Virus record (IMG/VR): IMGVR_UViG_3300009527_000006
Location: 28,026 to 92,025 of that record
Reading direction: 5' to 3' (one strand)
Source of the DNA: a virus
DNA length: 64,000 nt
The notes under the pieces were generated by a model. That model made no database searches. It was not told where the DNA came from and saw only the letters and a program-made list of their open reading frames with translations. The position numbers and the translations under genes are program-made. Positions 11,033 through 20,912 of the stretch are shown in pieces. Within the stretch, counting starts at the first letter, position 1. Each line of letters opens with the position of its first letter.

Positions 11033-11530
11033 TCAATCCCATAGATTACGAAAATATTTTCCTAGAAGAACAAATCCTTCATCAATCCGTGTCTCATGTT
11101 CTTTCACAGGTGTCCAATCAATAGATTTTTGCATTTCGTCGCTCATGGTATATTTTCCATCAGCAGTCTTAATCATATTGAAGAATGACATTTCATCATA
11201 ATTTTGCGGATAAATGGGTTTCACAAATTCTTCATGATGCTCCATAGACCATATAATTTTGTCCAAAATATCATTCCATTCTTGCTCTGTCAAAGTTGCA
11301 GGATGGCCACTTAAATTATTTCTATAATGTTTAAGCCTCGGAAGTATCCATGCACAGGTGTAACTATACAAATCCCAAGATTCTTTTTCATGAAAACCGT
11401 TTTTGATACGAAAAATACAACGCTTGACACTCTTACAAATATCATATTTGAATTCTTTGATCATAAATTTAAGGTGTGAAAATGACCAAAATCCTTCATC
11501 TAAATCATCATATATAGCAAATCTTCTCAT
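11033..11530 (-). CDS. hypothetical phage protein
   Basis: 165-aa ORF ending 'GKYFRNLWD'; own sigma70-like promoter. Confidence 0.65.
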   Translation of the reverse strand: MRRFAIYDDLDEGFWSFSHLKFMIKEFKYDICKSVKRCIFRIKNGFHEKESWDLYSYTCAWILPRLKHYRNNLSGHPATLTEQEWNDILDKIIWSMEHHEEFVKPIYPQNYDEMSFFNMIKTADGKYTMSDEMQKSIDWTPVKEHETRIDEGFVLLGKYFRNLWD

Positions 11531-11535
11531 TTCTC

Positions 11536-11564
11536 ACTATAACATAGACTCCTAATATTGTCAA
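11536..11564 (-). promoter_or_regulatory. sigma70-like early promoter
   Basis: TTGACA-17 nt-TATAGT, ending 5 nt before ATG 11530. Confidence 0.7.
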
Positions 11565-11577
11565 ATTAAATAAATAT

Positions 11578-13638
11578 ATGGCATCAACAACTTATCCCGG
11601 AGTCAGAGAAAATGACCCCGAAAGTAATCAATATCCTAGCAGAGATTTATCAGTTATAAATCAACCTGCTGGAGCAATAGAATTTATAAACACTAAAGAT
11701 GAAGAAGTGTTAATGATTTCTTATAAAGATGGTTCTTTTGAAAAATATAATAAGTTTTCTAAAGATGAGCTATGTGTAAATGATAGGAGATTATACGTTC
11801 AAGGCGATTCTATTTCACAATTTAATTCAAATAAAATTGAAGTGGTTGATGGTGATACTGATGAGGTGATTTACGGCGATTCGTTGAAAAAAATTGGTGA
11901 TGTTTCTAAATGGTTTCCGATATACCAAAAAATTAAAGCCAAATTACGTCCTTTACATGAGCTAAAAAGACTTTTTGAAATAAAGAGGACAAAAAAACAT
12001 AATTCTATAGATCAAGGAGGGCAACAAACTAAAATAGGTTCGTATGCAGAATCACCTGCTGACAGCCAAAGCAATAAAGTATTAATTTCCTCATCTGCAA
12101 CAAAATATATTCCTGCTACTAAAGGCGGACCCGGAAGAAAAATATTTGAAATAGAAGACCCTGAAGAATCTTATACTACTACATCTGCTGGAGAGGGCTC
12201 TTTCGGAGACTTCACATCATATGGAACCGGACATTCTCCGTCTACTCAAGATGGAATATGGGAACCTGAAAGTAAAAAATTAGATATAGAGAAAACAAGA
12301 ATATCTATTCAAAAGGATTTATTGGAACTAGAGAAAGAACTTGGTCAAAATAAACATCCTAGCGGCGGGTCAGAAATATCTACAATTTCTAAAGATAAAA
12401 TAGAAATTGTAGGTCTAGAGTTCAATGACATGGAATCTTACAGAAAAGACCCATTTGGAAAACTAGTTCCGGCAGGCGTGAAAATAGATCCTTCAGGTAA
12501 AAGTGTTTACACTCAATATAAACCTAGTGATCTGGTTGAGCTAGTATCTGTAGATTCTCTTCCGGGAGGAAAGTACGTGCTAAAGGTGGGCGATGAATAC
12601 AAATTACTAGTCGGAGCAAATGGCATAGACATGAAAACGGTAGGTCCAATAGAAATGTATGGTTCGACTATACAATCTGCTTCGCAATATATGGAATTTA
12701 ATTCTGCTACTGATTTTAATGTAAAGGCAAAAAGAATAGATCTCAATGCGGATATTATCAGCATCAGACCTAATGAACACACTGATGATTTAGGAGTAGA
12801 TAAAACTCTCCCTCTTAATAAAAAAGACAAAACTGAAATAGAAAAACAACTGCTATTAGATTGTAATGTAGGAATAACCGGGAACGCTATTATAAAAGGC
12901 GGTTTGCATACAGAAGGAAACATAACATATCATTCACAAACTGCTCCCGCTGAATATCATATTTCAGAGACAGATTTTGAATTTGTTAAAGAAAAATATT
13001 CTATTGAGCCTAGTAATGCAGGATGTGCAGGCAAAACCGATGAAATGGATGAGACTGTTGATAAAGATTATGTATGTGCGTCACCTGTTAAAGATGCAAC
13101 CCGCGCAGATTTATTGGGCGGTTATTTAATAGGCTACTGCCATGTATCCTGTGGTGAATGTGAAGGCTGCTTTCCAGTTTACTCTGTTCTTTCACCGAAC
13201 TGTATAATGGTTCATGCACACCATCATTATTATAAAATGCCTCCTACTAAATTTATAGAAACTGACACACCCTTCAATATTCAAGTAGGCGATAATATTC
13301 AAGGACTGCCTTTATCAACACATGATGCAATTCGTGCTATCGGAAGCCGAAACAACTACGTTGAACCAGTTCTTCCTTTTCCTACAGTGCATGATTTGAC
13401 TAATTATACCTCTGTTGAAAAATTTGGAGGAAGTACAATTATCAAAGATTGTGAACCTATTGAGATTGTAAATGGTAGTATGTTAGTTGAAAATCAAAAA
13501 GAAATTGTTCCTGATGGCAGTGGTATTCGCCAAAAGGAACAAGAACTTGATTTTTTAATTGAAAAAGCTAAAGATTGGGAATCTAAGATGGAAAAAGCAT
13601 ATCTAGAATTACAAGAAAAACTAAAAAATATTAAATAA
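11578..13638 (+). CDS. gp5 C-terminal beta-helix / central spike protein
   Basis: 'VQGDS..VDGDT..IYGDS' beta-helix repeats, 'VGITGNAIIKGGLHTEGNI', His cluster HAHHH. Confidence 0.6.
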   Translation: MASTTYPGVRENDPESNQYPSRDLSVINQPAGAIEFINTKDEEVLMISYKDGSFEKYNKFSKDELCVNDRRLYVQGDSISQFNSNKIEVVDGDTDEVIYGDSLKKIGDVSKWFPIYQKIKAKLRPLHELKRLFEIKRTKKHNSIDQGGQQTKIGSYAESPADSQSNKVLISSSATKYIPATKGGPGRKIFEIEDPEESYTTTSAGEGSFGDFTSYGTGHSPSTQDGIWEPESKKLDIEKTRISIQKDLLELEKELGQNKHPSGGSEISTISKDKIEIVGLEFNDMESYRKDPFGKLVPAGVKIDPSGKSVYTQYKPSDLVELVSVDSLPGGKYVLKVGDEYKLLVGANGIDMKTVGPIEMYGSTIQSASQYMEFNSATDFNVKAKRIDLNADIISIRPNEHTDDLGVDKTLPLNKKDKTEIEKQLLLDCNVGITGNAIIKGGLHTEGNITYHSQTAPAEYHISETDFEFVKEKYSIEPSNAGCAGKTDEMDETVDKDYVCASPVKDATRADLLGGYLIGYCHVSCGECEGCFPVYSVLSPNCIMVHAHHHYYKMPPTKFIETDTPFNIQVGDNIQGLPLSTHDAIRAIGSRNNYVEPVLPFPTVHDLTNYTSVEKFGGSTIIKDCEPIEIVNGSMLVENQKEIVPDGSGIRQKEQELDFLIEKAKDWESKMEKAYLELQEKLKNIK

Positions 13639-14305
13639 CGCTGCAACCATTATCAGTTTTTATAACACCTAATAAATCCCAATTATTATTATTGATGATT
13701 TTCAAATAAGATTGTGTTCTGTATGCAGAATTTCTGACTGCGCGGTTAGAATGTGTTTTGAGCCATTGTTGCCTTGCAATGATATATTCAGTAATCCATT
13801 TCTTTTCATCACCCCCATTTCTAGGAGTTTTTTCAGAAAATCGGTTTCTTAAAAAACCGAATATTTGACCTGATTGCAAAAACGAATCAAATATACATAA
13901 AATAGCTAGATTAGTCTTAAATCCTTCTGTATGAGCCCACTTCATAGCAGGAGTAAAATACTTCTCTTCAAAAATAGTATCCTGACAATCCATCATTATA
14001 CCATCTTTTTTAGAAGCAATCTTGAGAAGTTCAACGAAAGAAGCATCATTTACTAGTGGAATTTTTCCGATTTTATCAACAAAAGGAGACAATTTATCTG
14101 CATAAATTCCCTTTTTATTGACATACAACTGAACCACTTTCTTCAAATTTCCGCCAAATTCTGTGAAACCTACGCCAAGAGTTATTTGCCGAATTCCTTT
14201 AGGACCATCAGGCAGAATAGTTATCATATCATATTTCATGTAAGGCGTTCCAGTTTCCATACATGAAAGCAAATTCCACATTTTCTTTTTTATAGAATGA
14301 TTCAT
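13631..14305 (-). CDS. GH46 chitosanase-like endolysin
   Basis: 'METG..Y..I..LPDG..RQITLG.GFTE.GGNL', 'QD.IFEEKYFTPA', 'FDSFLQSG'. Confidence 0.75.
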   Translation of the reverse strand: MNHSIKKKMWNLLSCMETGTPYMKYDMITILPDGPKGIRQITLGVGFTEFGGNLKKVVQLYVNKKGIYADKLSPFVDKIGKIPLVNDASFVELLKIASKKDGIMMDCQDTIFEEKYFTPAMKWAHTEGFKTNLAILCIFDSFLQSGQIFGFLRNRFSEKTPRNGGDEKKWITEYIIARQQWLKTHSNRAVRNSAYRTQSYLKIINNNNWDLLGVIKTDNGCSVI

Positions 14306-14323
14306 GACATTATTTAATGTGTA

Positions 14324-14641
14324 TTATTCATTGTCCTCTGAACCAGAAGATTGTTCTGCATACAGTAGATTATTAGAAACCTTTTCTAAAAGCCGCATCG
14401 TCGCCTCATGTTGCATAGGAGATTCACTGTGCATAAATCCTACATGATTTTCATTAACATCATAACCTATAATGACGAAAGAAGACATATACTCTTTAAG
14501 AGTAGACGTTAAACTTTGCATAAATCGACTTCTTTGTGACTTGCTGCTGATTTTTCGCTTTTTAGGCATTTTTACAACATCAGGAACCTGACTTAAAAGT
14601 TCATCTGCTATTTCATCATCCGTCTTTTCTTTCTTAGCCAT
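14324..14641 (-). CDS. hypothetical protein
   Basis: ORF; start reassigned to MAKK, 5 nt after a TAAATA box. Confidence 0.55.
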   Translation of the reverse strand: MAKKEKTDDEIADELLSQVPDVVKMPKKRKISSKSQRSRFMQSLTSTLKEYMSSFVIIGYDVNENHVGFMHSESPMQHEATMRLLEKVSNNLLYAEQSSGSEDNE

Positions 14642-14760
14642 GCACATATTTATATTTTACTTGTCAAAGGTTATATTATTTCGGTTTGGTATAATTATAT
14701 AATAAAGAATCTATGCATAGATATGTCACATAACCATTACATAGATTCTTTATCAATTTA

Positions 14761-15078
14761 CTAGACAGACTCGTTAAACTGTTTTCCGTAACTCCAGTGT
14801 TTGCTGAAAATGTGATAGCTGTTAAGAATATCAACCAAGACTTCTACAGAATCTGCGGAATACCGCAGTTTATGAAATGATTTACCTCCATCGTTAAAGT
14901 GAAAGTATCCATCCTTATAGCATGTTATAATAATAGAATGATAACCGTTATCCATTAAAATAGAGTATTTTCTCTTATCTTCGGGAGAATATTTAATATC
15001 TAATTTATCTACAGTATAACCGCTATCTTTAAGTCGTTTTACTAAATAAGAGCGTGTTGTAATATTATTGGTGGCCAT
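14761..15078 (-). CDS. hypothetical protein (paralog of next gene)
   Basis: 'VDKLDIKYSPEDKRKYSILMD' matches neighbour 'VNKLEIKYAKYDSRVWTAVVN'. Confidence 0.6.
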   Translation of the reverse strand: MATNNITTRSYLVKRLKDSGYTVDKLDIKYSPEDKRKYSILMDNGYHSIIITCYKDGYFHFNDGGKSFHKLRYSADSVEVLVDILNSYHIFSKHWSYGKQFNESV

Positions 15079-15080
15079 AA

Positions 15081-15428
15081 TTATATAATTTTCTGATTAA
15101 GTTCTAAGAGTGATTCTAAATCCACTTTCTCTGGAGATGCTATTGCAACTATAGTATCTATAACAGAATCTAAATCCAAATCATATACTATTCTATTAGA
15201 AGCAAAAACATCAAAGGTTTCTTGATCTAGTTCCTCTTTATTGATATGATAATTAATTATAATATTATCCATATTAGGATTAACTACCGCAGTCCATACT
15301 CTAGAATCATATTTTGCATATTTAATTTCTAGTTTATTAACTATAATAGAAGCATCATCTAGTTTTTTACTAAATTCTTCCACAGTCATTGCCCATTTTT
15401 TAGGCTTTTTGTTTATATATTTTTTCAT
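15081..15428 (-). CDS. hypothetical protein (paralog of previous gene)
   Basis: Tight operon spacing; shared motif. Confidence 0.6.
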   Translation of the reverse strand: MKKYINKKPKKWAMTVEEFSKKLDDASIIVNKLEIKYAKYDSRVWTAVVNPNMDNIIINYHINKEELDQETFDVFASNRIVYDLDLDSVIDTIVAIASPEKVDLESLLELNQKII

Positions 15429-15430
15429 TA

Positions 15431-16159
15431 TTACTTGTTTTTTGAAGTACAGTAAATGGTTGTGTTTGTTTTGTTAGATGCTATTATTGAGCCTATATCT
15501 AGAATTTTTATATTGACTCCTTCTTTAACGGAAAGAATTCTATCTAAAAAATCTAACCGATATACATGTTCTTTGATAGCAAAAGAGTTATTGGACGAAA
15601 TTAAAATTTTCATTCCATCTAGATGATTTTGTTTTTTATCACCGAAGAATAGATATAAATTAGAATTTTCAGTCTCTAAACCAAATTTCTTATGCTCGGA
15701 TGAAAAGGAAAGTCCTTTTTTAAGTATCTGATACTGTTTCTCGTCAAGAGAAAACTCAGCTTGAATCTTTTTATACGCAAGTAAAGAAAAGGGATTGAAT
15801 GCTGGAGGAGCAACACTTGCATCAGTCAATAATCTTATTCTAAAAGAGTGATCTGCCCCACAATAAGTCAAAAATGAAAAATTGTTAATAGTTTCTACTC
15901 GAAGAACTACCAAATCATCTGCTATACATTCCAGTGCCTGACGAAGTTTAGAAATATCTAAATTTATTTTTTCCAGACCATCTGCAAATTCTTCTAATGT
16001 GAACGTAGAGTAAAAATGAACTTCATCTATTACAGATGAATAAATGGTATATACTTGATCATTTTTGAAGAAAAGTGTTCCCATTCCGTTTCTATTGATG
16101 GCTAATAGGGGATTTATAAACTCTGTAATAGCGCGTTTTCTATTGATCTTGAATGTCAT
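15431..16159 (-). CDS. putative sliding clamp (gp45-like)
   Basis: 242 aa, two-domain alpha/beta pattern, near gp32; no diagnostic motif. Confidence 0.5.
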   Translation of the reverse strand: MTFKINRKRAITEFINPLLAINRNGMGTLFFKNDQVYTIYSSVIDEVHFYSTFTLEEFADGLEKINLDISKLRQALECIADDLVVLRVETINNFSFLTYCGADHSFRIRLLTDASVAPPAFNPFSLLAYKKIQAEFSLDEKQYQILKKGLSFSSEHKKFGLETENSNLYLFFGDKKQNHLDGMKILISSNNSFAIKEHVYRLDFLDRILSVKEGVNIKILDIGSIIASNKTNTTIYCTSKNK

Positions 16160-16727
16160 TTTCGCTGTTGGTAGAAGGTTCTACTTCTTTAGTTAGTTTA
16201 GCATCTCTCACTTCCTCAAGCAACTCTTTAATCATCTTTTTTATTGCCCTAAGCTCAGACAGCATACTTTTTTCATAATCAGTGTTTTTTTCCTTTTTAG
16301 TAGAAGATGACTTATCTTGGGATGCCTCAAATCTATTATATTGAGGCATTGTGAAAGTAGCACCGCCTGAAGGAATATTAGGATTTTGTAAAGGATTATT
16401 ATACTGAGGAGGAGCATAATTCACCGGAGCATTATGATCTACAATCATATTTCCTTTTTCATCTATTCCTACTGGAACGGGAATAAAAGTTGGGGGGGTT
16501 TGCTCAATATTAACATTAAAATTTCCTACAGGATGTGACTGTATTTGCGGAATATGTGCCTGTTGAGGAATATTTCTATTAGAGCTTATAAATTTTTTCG
16601 GTGACACGTCATGGGTTCCCATAATATTATTAAGTTCACTTCTACGACTATTACTAAACAGTCTTTTCATTTCTTGTGAAGTAGAATGTGCTAATTTAGC
16701 CAAATCCATCATATCATCAGTTTGCAT
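16140..16727 (-). CDS. hypothetical P/Q-rich protein
   Basis: 195-aa ORF with TAAATA box 6 nt upstream. Confidence 0.55.
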   Translation of the reverse strand: MQTDDMMDLAKLAHSTSQEMKRLFSNSRRSELNNIMGTHDVSPKKFISSNRNIPQQAHIPQIQSHPVGNFNVNIEQTPPTFIPVPVGIDEKGNMIVDHNAPVNYAPPQYNNPLQNPNIPSGGATFTMPQYNRFEASQDKSSSTKKEKNTDYEKSMLSELRAIKKMIKELLEEVRDAKLTKEVEPSTNSENDIQDQ

Positions 16728-16756
16728 GGAGATTATTTATAAGTTAATATTAATAT

Positions 16757-16790
16757 AAAAAGGGGGAAGACGTAGGTCTTCCCCCTTTTT
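16757..16790. terminator. intrinsic terminator
   Basis: AAAAAGGGGGAAGAC-GTAG-GTCTTCCCCCTTTTT downstream of gp32. Confidence 0.85.
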
Positions 16791-16800
16791 TAATATCTAA

Positions 16801-17754
16801 TTAGATATTAACATCGTCATCATCATCATCATCCAAAATAAAGTCATTAAGACCATCGTCATCACCATCATCATTATCAACAACTCTATTCTGTGTTTGA
16901 GAGCGAGAATTTGTCGAGCTATTAACAGATTCATTGGCAATAGGACCATCCTCCCCAAACCAATACTGGTCAATGAGAGATTTGAGTTCGTCTTCAGACT
17001 TTACCGCAGGAACTAATTCCAAAAGATTGTGAACTGAATTTTCAATCCTCTCGTAATCAGAAGGTGACAAATTATCAACTGCTTTACTGTCAGCAAATTT
17101 TGAAGTAGAATAATTATTCCAATCAGCCTTTGTAGTAACACGGACAATCAGCGACCTTCCTTTAGGTGAAAGATCAAATGCCTTAATTCCTACATCATCT
17201 CCACCTAAAACTTCTTCATCAATAAGTTTCGCTAAATCACTCTTAATTTCACCAGTTTTCTTGTCTATACCAGCAGAATATTTAAGGACAACTACTGTTC
17301 CTATTTTTTGTTGTGCATCAGGATCATCGCCTTCCACTTTGTGCAAGAAGGCATTTACCAATTCATGACGCTGTGGAATCAATTTGTAACTACGCTTCAT
17401 AGCATCTTCATCACCACTCTTTTTGGCTTCACTAAAAAGCTTCCATTGTAGTTTGTTGATGTAATCATTTTTTGCTTGAGTAGGATCTGCATCTGATAGA
17501 GATCTTCCTAGATAAATGTATTCAGAAGGAGTTGTCAACGTCTCAAACCCAATATCTTTATAGTTTACAAAAGTTTGATCATTTCCATCTGAATCTGTGG
17601 AACGCAAAAGTCTTACATAGTATTTGCAATTTTTCTTGAATTTCAAGATTCTTGGATCAGAATTTCCAGACCCTCCACTTTTTTCCTTTTTAAGCTTTTC
17701 TGCTTTTGAATTTCTAATTTTTTCTAATGTTTCTTCTAATGTTGGTTTTCTCAT
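16801..17754 (-). CDS. single-stranded DNA-binding protein (gp32-like)
   Basis: 'DPRILKF..VRLL', 'AFDLSPKG', 'WNNYSTSKF', very acidic C-terminal tail. Confidence 0.8.
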   Translation of the reverse strand: MRKPTLEETLEKIRNSKAEKLKKEKSGGSGNSDPRILKFKKNCKYYVRLLRSTDSDGNDQTFVNYKDIGFETLTTPSEYIYLGRSLSDADPTQAKNDYINKLQWKLFSEAKKSGDEDAMKRSYKLIPQRHELVNAFLHKVEGDDPDAQQKIGTVVVLKYSAGIDKKTGEIKSDLAKLIDEEVLGGDDVGIKAFDLSPKGRSLIVRVTTKADWNNYSTSKFADSKAVDNLSPSDYERIENSVHNLLELVPAVKSEDELKSLIDQYWFGEDGPIANESVNSSTNSRSQTQNRVVDNDDGDDDGLNDFILDDDDDDDVNI

Positions 17755-17810
17755 AATATATTATTGTTCTTATTGTTCTTATTCTAGATAGAATATCTAT
17801 CCGAAAGTAT

Positions 17811-18434
17811 TTATAGTTTATTTGCCAGTATAACCTGATTTATAGTTTTTTTAAGCAATTTACTGGCAGAATATTTTGTATGTAAAAAATTTAATTGATC
17901 TTTCGTATCACCAAGATAAAGCTCATATTCTTCTGGTGGAAGATTAAGAAGTTTGGCAAAACCCTCTAGATAGAAAACGGTATATAGGTTAGTGCTTTTA
18001 TTTTTAAGATGAAGAAGATAATCTGGCTGATGAACAGTAGCATAGTTTAGGTAGTCTGTCAACTTTATTTTCTTTTCTTTACAGAAATCCAGCACAAATT
18101 TTACGCATTCTGTAGTATATCTAATATTATCAGGATGATCGGTATTTTCAGATACTAGTAAGTTTACATAGCTAGAACATACTAGCATACACTTAACTGT
18201 AGAAAAATAATTCAAAGAAAAAAACTTTTTATCTTTATAAATTTTATAGGGTGCGATAAAATATGTTCTTGACATTAGGTGAGGATGTTTTTGAAAAAAC
18301 TTTTCAAGTTTTTCAAGAGCACCCTTTTTAGAATCATCTAATTTTTCATATTTTAGCAAACTTTTACATGGGCGATCATTTGCTTCAGCAAGAGCCTCTA
18401 GGAAAAGATTGTAAATTTTTAATTTATTGTCCAT
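17811..18434 (-). CDS. hypothetical protein (helicase-loader gp59 position)
   Basis: ORF from MDNKLK, overlapping the upstream gene's stop; function by synteny only. Confidence 0.45.
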   Translation of the reverse strand: MDNKLKIYNLFLEALAEANDRPCKSLLKYEKLDDSKKGALEKLEKFFQKHPHLMSRTYFIAPYKIYKDKKFFSLNYFSTVKCMLVCSSYVNLLVSENTDHPDNIRYTTECVKFVLDFCKEKKIKLTDYLNYATVHQPDYLLHLKNKSTNLYTVFYLEGFAKLLNLPPEEYELYLGDTKDQLNFLHTKYSASKLLKKTINQVILANKL

Positions 18435-18888
18435 TGTTGCGACTATACAGAAATTTATCAATATTATCAAGACTTTCAGGACCAACTAGTTCTCCACTTA
18501 TAGCGATAGAATGGCCGTCTTTGAGCAAAGTTACTAATGACTCAACCACATCACTTGATAAAAAATCAAATTTAGCTCCTAGAAAAAATAAATATATTTG
18601 TTCTAAAGTTACAAGACCGTCTTTCCATTTAATATAATAAGAACAGAAATCAGTATATTTTACGAGAATATCTAGATAAGAATAAGCATTACTGTCGTTG
18701 TCTAAAATATTACTACAATCTATATGATCCTGATTTAAAAATTTTTCTTTACTAGAAAGGTAAGTTCCGCAATAATAAACAATTTCAGTATCTTTTGACA
18801 CCGTATTTGTAAAAAATTGTAGCGTTAGTGCAAATGATTCTAACCAAGTATCAAAATCGTAGTCAGGGCAGAGAGTTTTAATTTTCAT
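18424..18888 (-). CDS. hypothetical protein
   Basis: ORF from MKIKTL, just after a TTGACT..TATTCT promoter (18895-18922). Confidence 0.55.
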   Translation of the reverse strand: MKIKTLCPDYDFDTWLESFALTLQFFTNTVSKDTEIVYYCGTYLSSKEKFLNQDHIDCSNILDNDSNAYSYLDILVKYTDFCSYYIKWKDGLVTLEQIYLFFLGAKFDFLSSDVVESLVTLLKDGHSIAISGELVGPESLDNIDKFLYSRNNGQ

Positions 18889-18973
18889 AATAATAGAATA
18901 CAGCACATAATTCAGAAGTCAAGCGCTAAATTCAATCATTTAGATATTTTGAAGACACTACTAAATCACAAGA

Positions 18974-19062
18974 GGCGAACAAAACGGATGCAGACAACGC
19001 TCTATAAGTTGTTTGTCACATTCATAGTCTTTTATTCGCGTGTCTGATCCGAAGCGTTCGGG
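18974..19062 (+). repeat. attC site 1 (type A)
   Basis: GGCGAAC AAAA CGGAT(G)CAGACA(A)CGC...GCG TGTCTG ATCCG AAGC GTTCGGG; two extrahelical bases 6 bp apart. Confidence 0.88.
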
Positions 19063-19088
19063 CAATACGCATCCACACAAAATCACGC

Positions 19089-19529
19089 ATGTATAATAGA
19101 CCGTCTAATTCTGAAGTTGCGGAAATTACTGGATACAATCTTCCTATAGAAGAAATCTCAGAATTTCCCACAGCTAAACAGCAACAAGAAGGAGGTTATA
19201 TTTTGAAGTATATTGGCCGCATCTCAGATACTTGTGATACCTTCTTGAAAACTGCACATGGTAAGGTAGTTGCTATAATATTGCTTATCCATGGAATCAT
19301 CGGATTTGCTAGAGATGCATTTGATGGTGCAACATACATCTATAATGCATCTGCTCCTATGCTTGAAAGGATTGAGACTTTTGTATTTTCTCATAAGAAC
19401 CAAGAAGTCTCTCCCGAATACCTAGTATTGATCCCAAAAGAAACGCACCTGACACTGCCCGTAAAAGATTGGGCTGATTTTCCGGCAGGAACCCAATTTG
19501 CGCCAGCCAGTAGCATAGATTACACATAG
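19089..19529 (+). CDS. cassette 1 forward ORF, membrane-anchored hypothetical
   Basis: Starts ~30 nt after the GTT core; hydrophobic 'VVAIILLIHGIIGF'. Confidence 0.6.
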   Translation: MYNRPSNSEVAEITGYNLPIEEISEFPTAKQQQEGGYILKYIGRISDTCDTFLKTAHGKVVAIILLIHGIIGFARDAFDGATYIYNASAPMLERIETFVFSHKNQEVSPEYLVLIPKETHLTLPVKDWADFPAGTQFAPASSIDYT

Positions 19530-19608
19530 CCAACGATCCAAAATATATAAATGCAAATATTTCACAACAAACCCATACTTTATTCAAATAATTATATTTA
19601 TTAGACAT
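19357..19608 (-). CDS. cassette 1 reverse ORF, small 2-TM protein
   Basis: TATAAATA (19615-19622) 6 nt before ATG; two hydrophobic segments; overlaps the forward ORF. Confidence 0.45.
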   Translation of the reverse strand: MSNKYNYLNKVWVCCEIFAFIYFGSLAMCNLCYWLAQIGFLPENQPNLLRAVSGAFLLGSILGIRERLLGSYEKIQKSQSFQA

Positions 19609-19644
19609 TTTACCTATTTATAAAGACTTTAGACTAAAACAAGA

Positions 19645-19734
19645 CCCGAACAAAGAAACTGGAGACAACAGCTCAGCATAGTTATTCTCCTATATTAGTT
19701 CTGTGTTCGCTGTGTCTCAGTTTAGACGTTCGCC
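19645..19734 (+). repeat. attC site 2 (type B)
   Basis: CCCGAAC AAAG AAACT(G)GAGACA(A)CAGC...GCTG TGTCTC AGTTT AGAC GTTCGCC. Confidence 0.88.
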
Positions 19735-19758
19735 TAACAACACACAGCCTCTACTACA

Positions 19759-20031
19759 ATGTATAAAACTCAGCCTAAATATCGGGCCATCATTCGTTTC
19801 TCCTTGGATAAGGATGAGAGTTCAAAGTTTCGCAACTCTGTTATTAGAAAACTTAGAAAAGCTAAATTCACCAACACAAATAAGACTGGTTCTTGGGAGA
19901 CTCCATCCGCAGATTTATCTATTATTCAGTCATTAGTCTGCACCGTTATGAACGAACTAGGTAAAGTAACGAATGACGACGGAAAGCCCGTAACATTGGA
20001 CCATATGTGGATGTGCATAGATAAAGTTTAA
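19759..20031 (+). CDS. cassette 2 forward ORF, basic 90-aa hypothetical
   Basis: Starts ~30 nt after GTT; stop overlaps the reverse-gene stop (TTAA). Confidence 0.6.
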   Translation: MYKTQPKYRAIIRFSLDKDESSKFRNSVIRKLRKAKFTNTNKTGSWETPSADLSIIQSLVCTVMNELGKVTNDDGKPVTLDHMWMCIDKV

Positions 20032-20198
20032 TCTTCTTCGTTCCACCTAGGGTCATCATCTGACCATTCATTCCATCCAGATTCGATTTCGTCTGAGTCT
20101 GAATTGATAACTATTTTTGTTTTAGATTCAGTATGACACCCACAGTTGCCACATACGCCGCTAATAACGACTTCTATAGGTTGAGAATTATTTTTCAT
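20028..20198 (-). CDS. cassette 2 reverse ORF, 56-aa acidic CxxC peptide (not in ORF track)
   Basis: MKNNSQPIEVVISGVCGNCGCHTES...; ATAAATA at 20206-20212 upstream. Confidence 0.55.
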   Translation of the reverse strand: MKNNSQPIEVVISGVCGNCGCHTESKTKIVINSDSDEIESGWNEWSDDDPRWNEED

Positions 20199-20236
20199 AA
20201 TCAGCTATTTATTGGCAGCTCTTGCTATAAACAAGA

Positions 20237-20325
20237 GGCGAACAAAACGGATGCAGACAACGCTCTATAAGTTTTATGTCACATTCAGAGTTTAGTATTC
20301 GCGTGTCTGATCCGAGACGTTCGTC
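20237..20325 (+). repeat. attC site 3 (type A)
   Basis: Arms near-identical to attC1; ends GTTCGTC. Confidence 0.88.
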
Positions 20326-20912
20326 TTATGAAATGCCACCCAGTGAGTCTGCGCTTTCTTGCCGCTACGGTGGCCGTAGAGCGGGCGTTCTGGCGTGAGT
20401 GCCAGCACTTCGCGGAGCGGGATTTCAGCCTCGCACCATTTGAAGATCATCGTTCCATTCACTTTCAGGACACGGAAGCATTCAGCGAATCCCGCCCGCA
20501 GGTCGTCGCGCCATGTCGCATCCAGAAGCCCGAAGTCGAAGGCGATGCGTCCCGTTGCCCCGGCTCCTTTATGGAAGTGCGGCGGATCGAATACCACATG
20601 CCAGAACGACTCATCAGGGAACGGCATGTTTCGGAAGTCCACCACCATATCAGGCGCGACGGTTTTCGGGGTGCGCCCGATGGTTCCCGGCGTTCCCACG
20701 TCGATGATTCGCGTGCCTTGGCGTTTGTCCACATACAGGGCGCGGTCATCCTGTTTATCGAACCAGAACATTCTGGTTGAGCAGCACGCATCCAATACCG
20801 GAGGCAAAGACGAACAAGTCGCTGCATGCAACCCGCTTTCTGCGTGCTGTTGGCGCGTTAATGTGAAGAGGTCATCCATAGGTGTATCGGTGTATTGTGT
20901 CAGCGGGTGCAT
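20292..20912 (-). CDS. cassette 3: class I SAM-dependent (probably DNA adenine) methyltransferase, GC-rich
   Basis: 'VLDACCSTRMFWFDK', 'DFRNMPFPDESF..VVFDPPH', 'ECFRVLK..FKW'; start lies inside attC4 and stop inside attC3. Confidence 0.85.
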   Translation of the reverse strand: MHPLTQYTDTPMDDLFTLTRQQHAESGLHAATCSSLPPVLDACCSTRMFWFDKQDDRALYVDKRQGTRIIDVGTPGTIGRTPKTVAPDMVVDFRNMPFPDESFWHVVFDPPHFHKGAGATGRIAFDFGLLDATWRDDLRAGFAECFRVLKVNGTMIFKWCEAEIPLREVLALTPERPLYGHRSGKKAQTHWVAFHKTNVSDQTREY

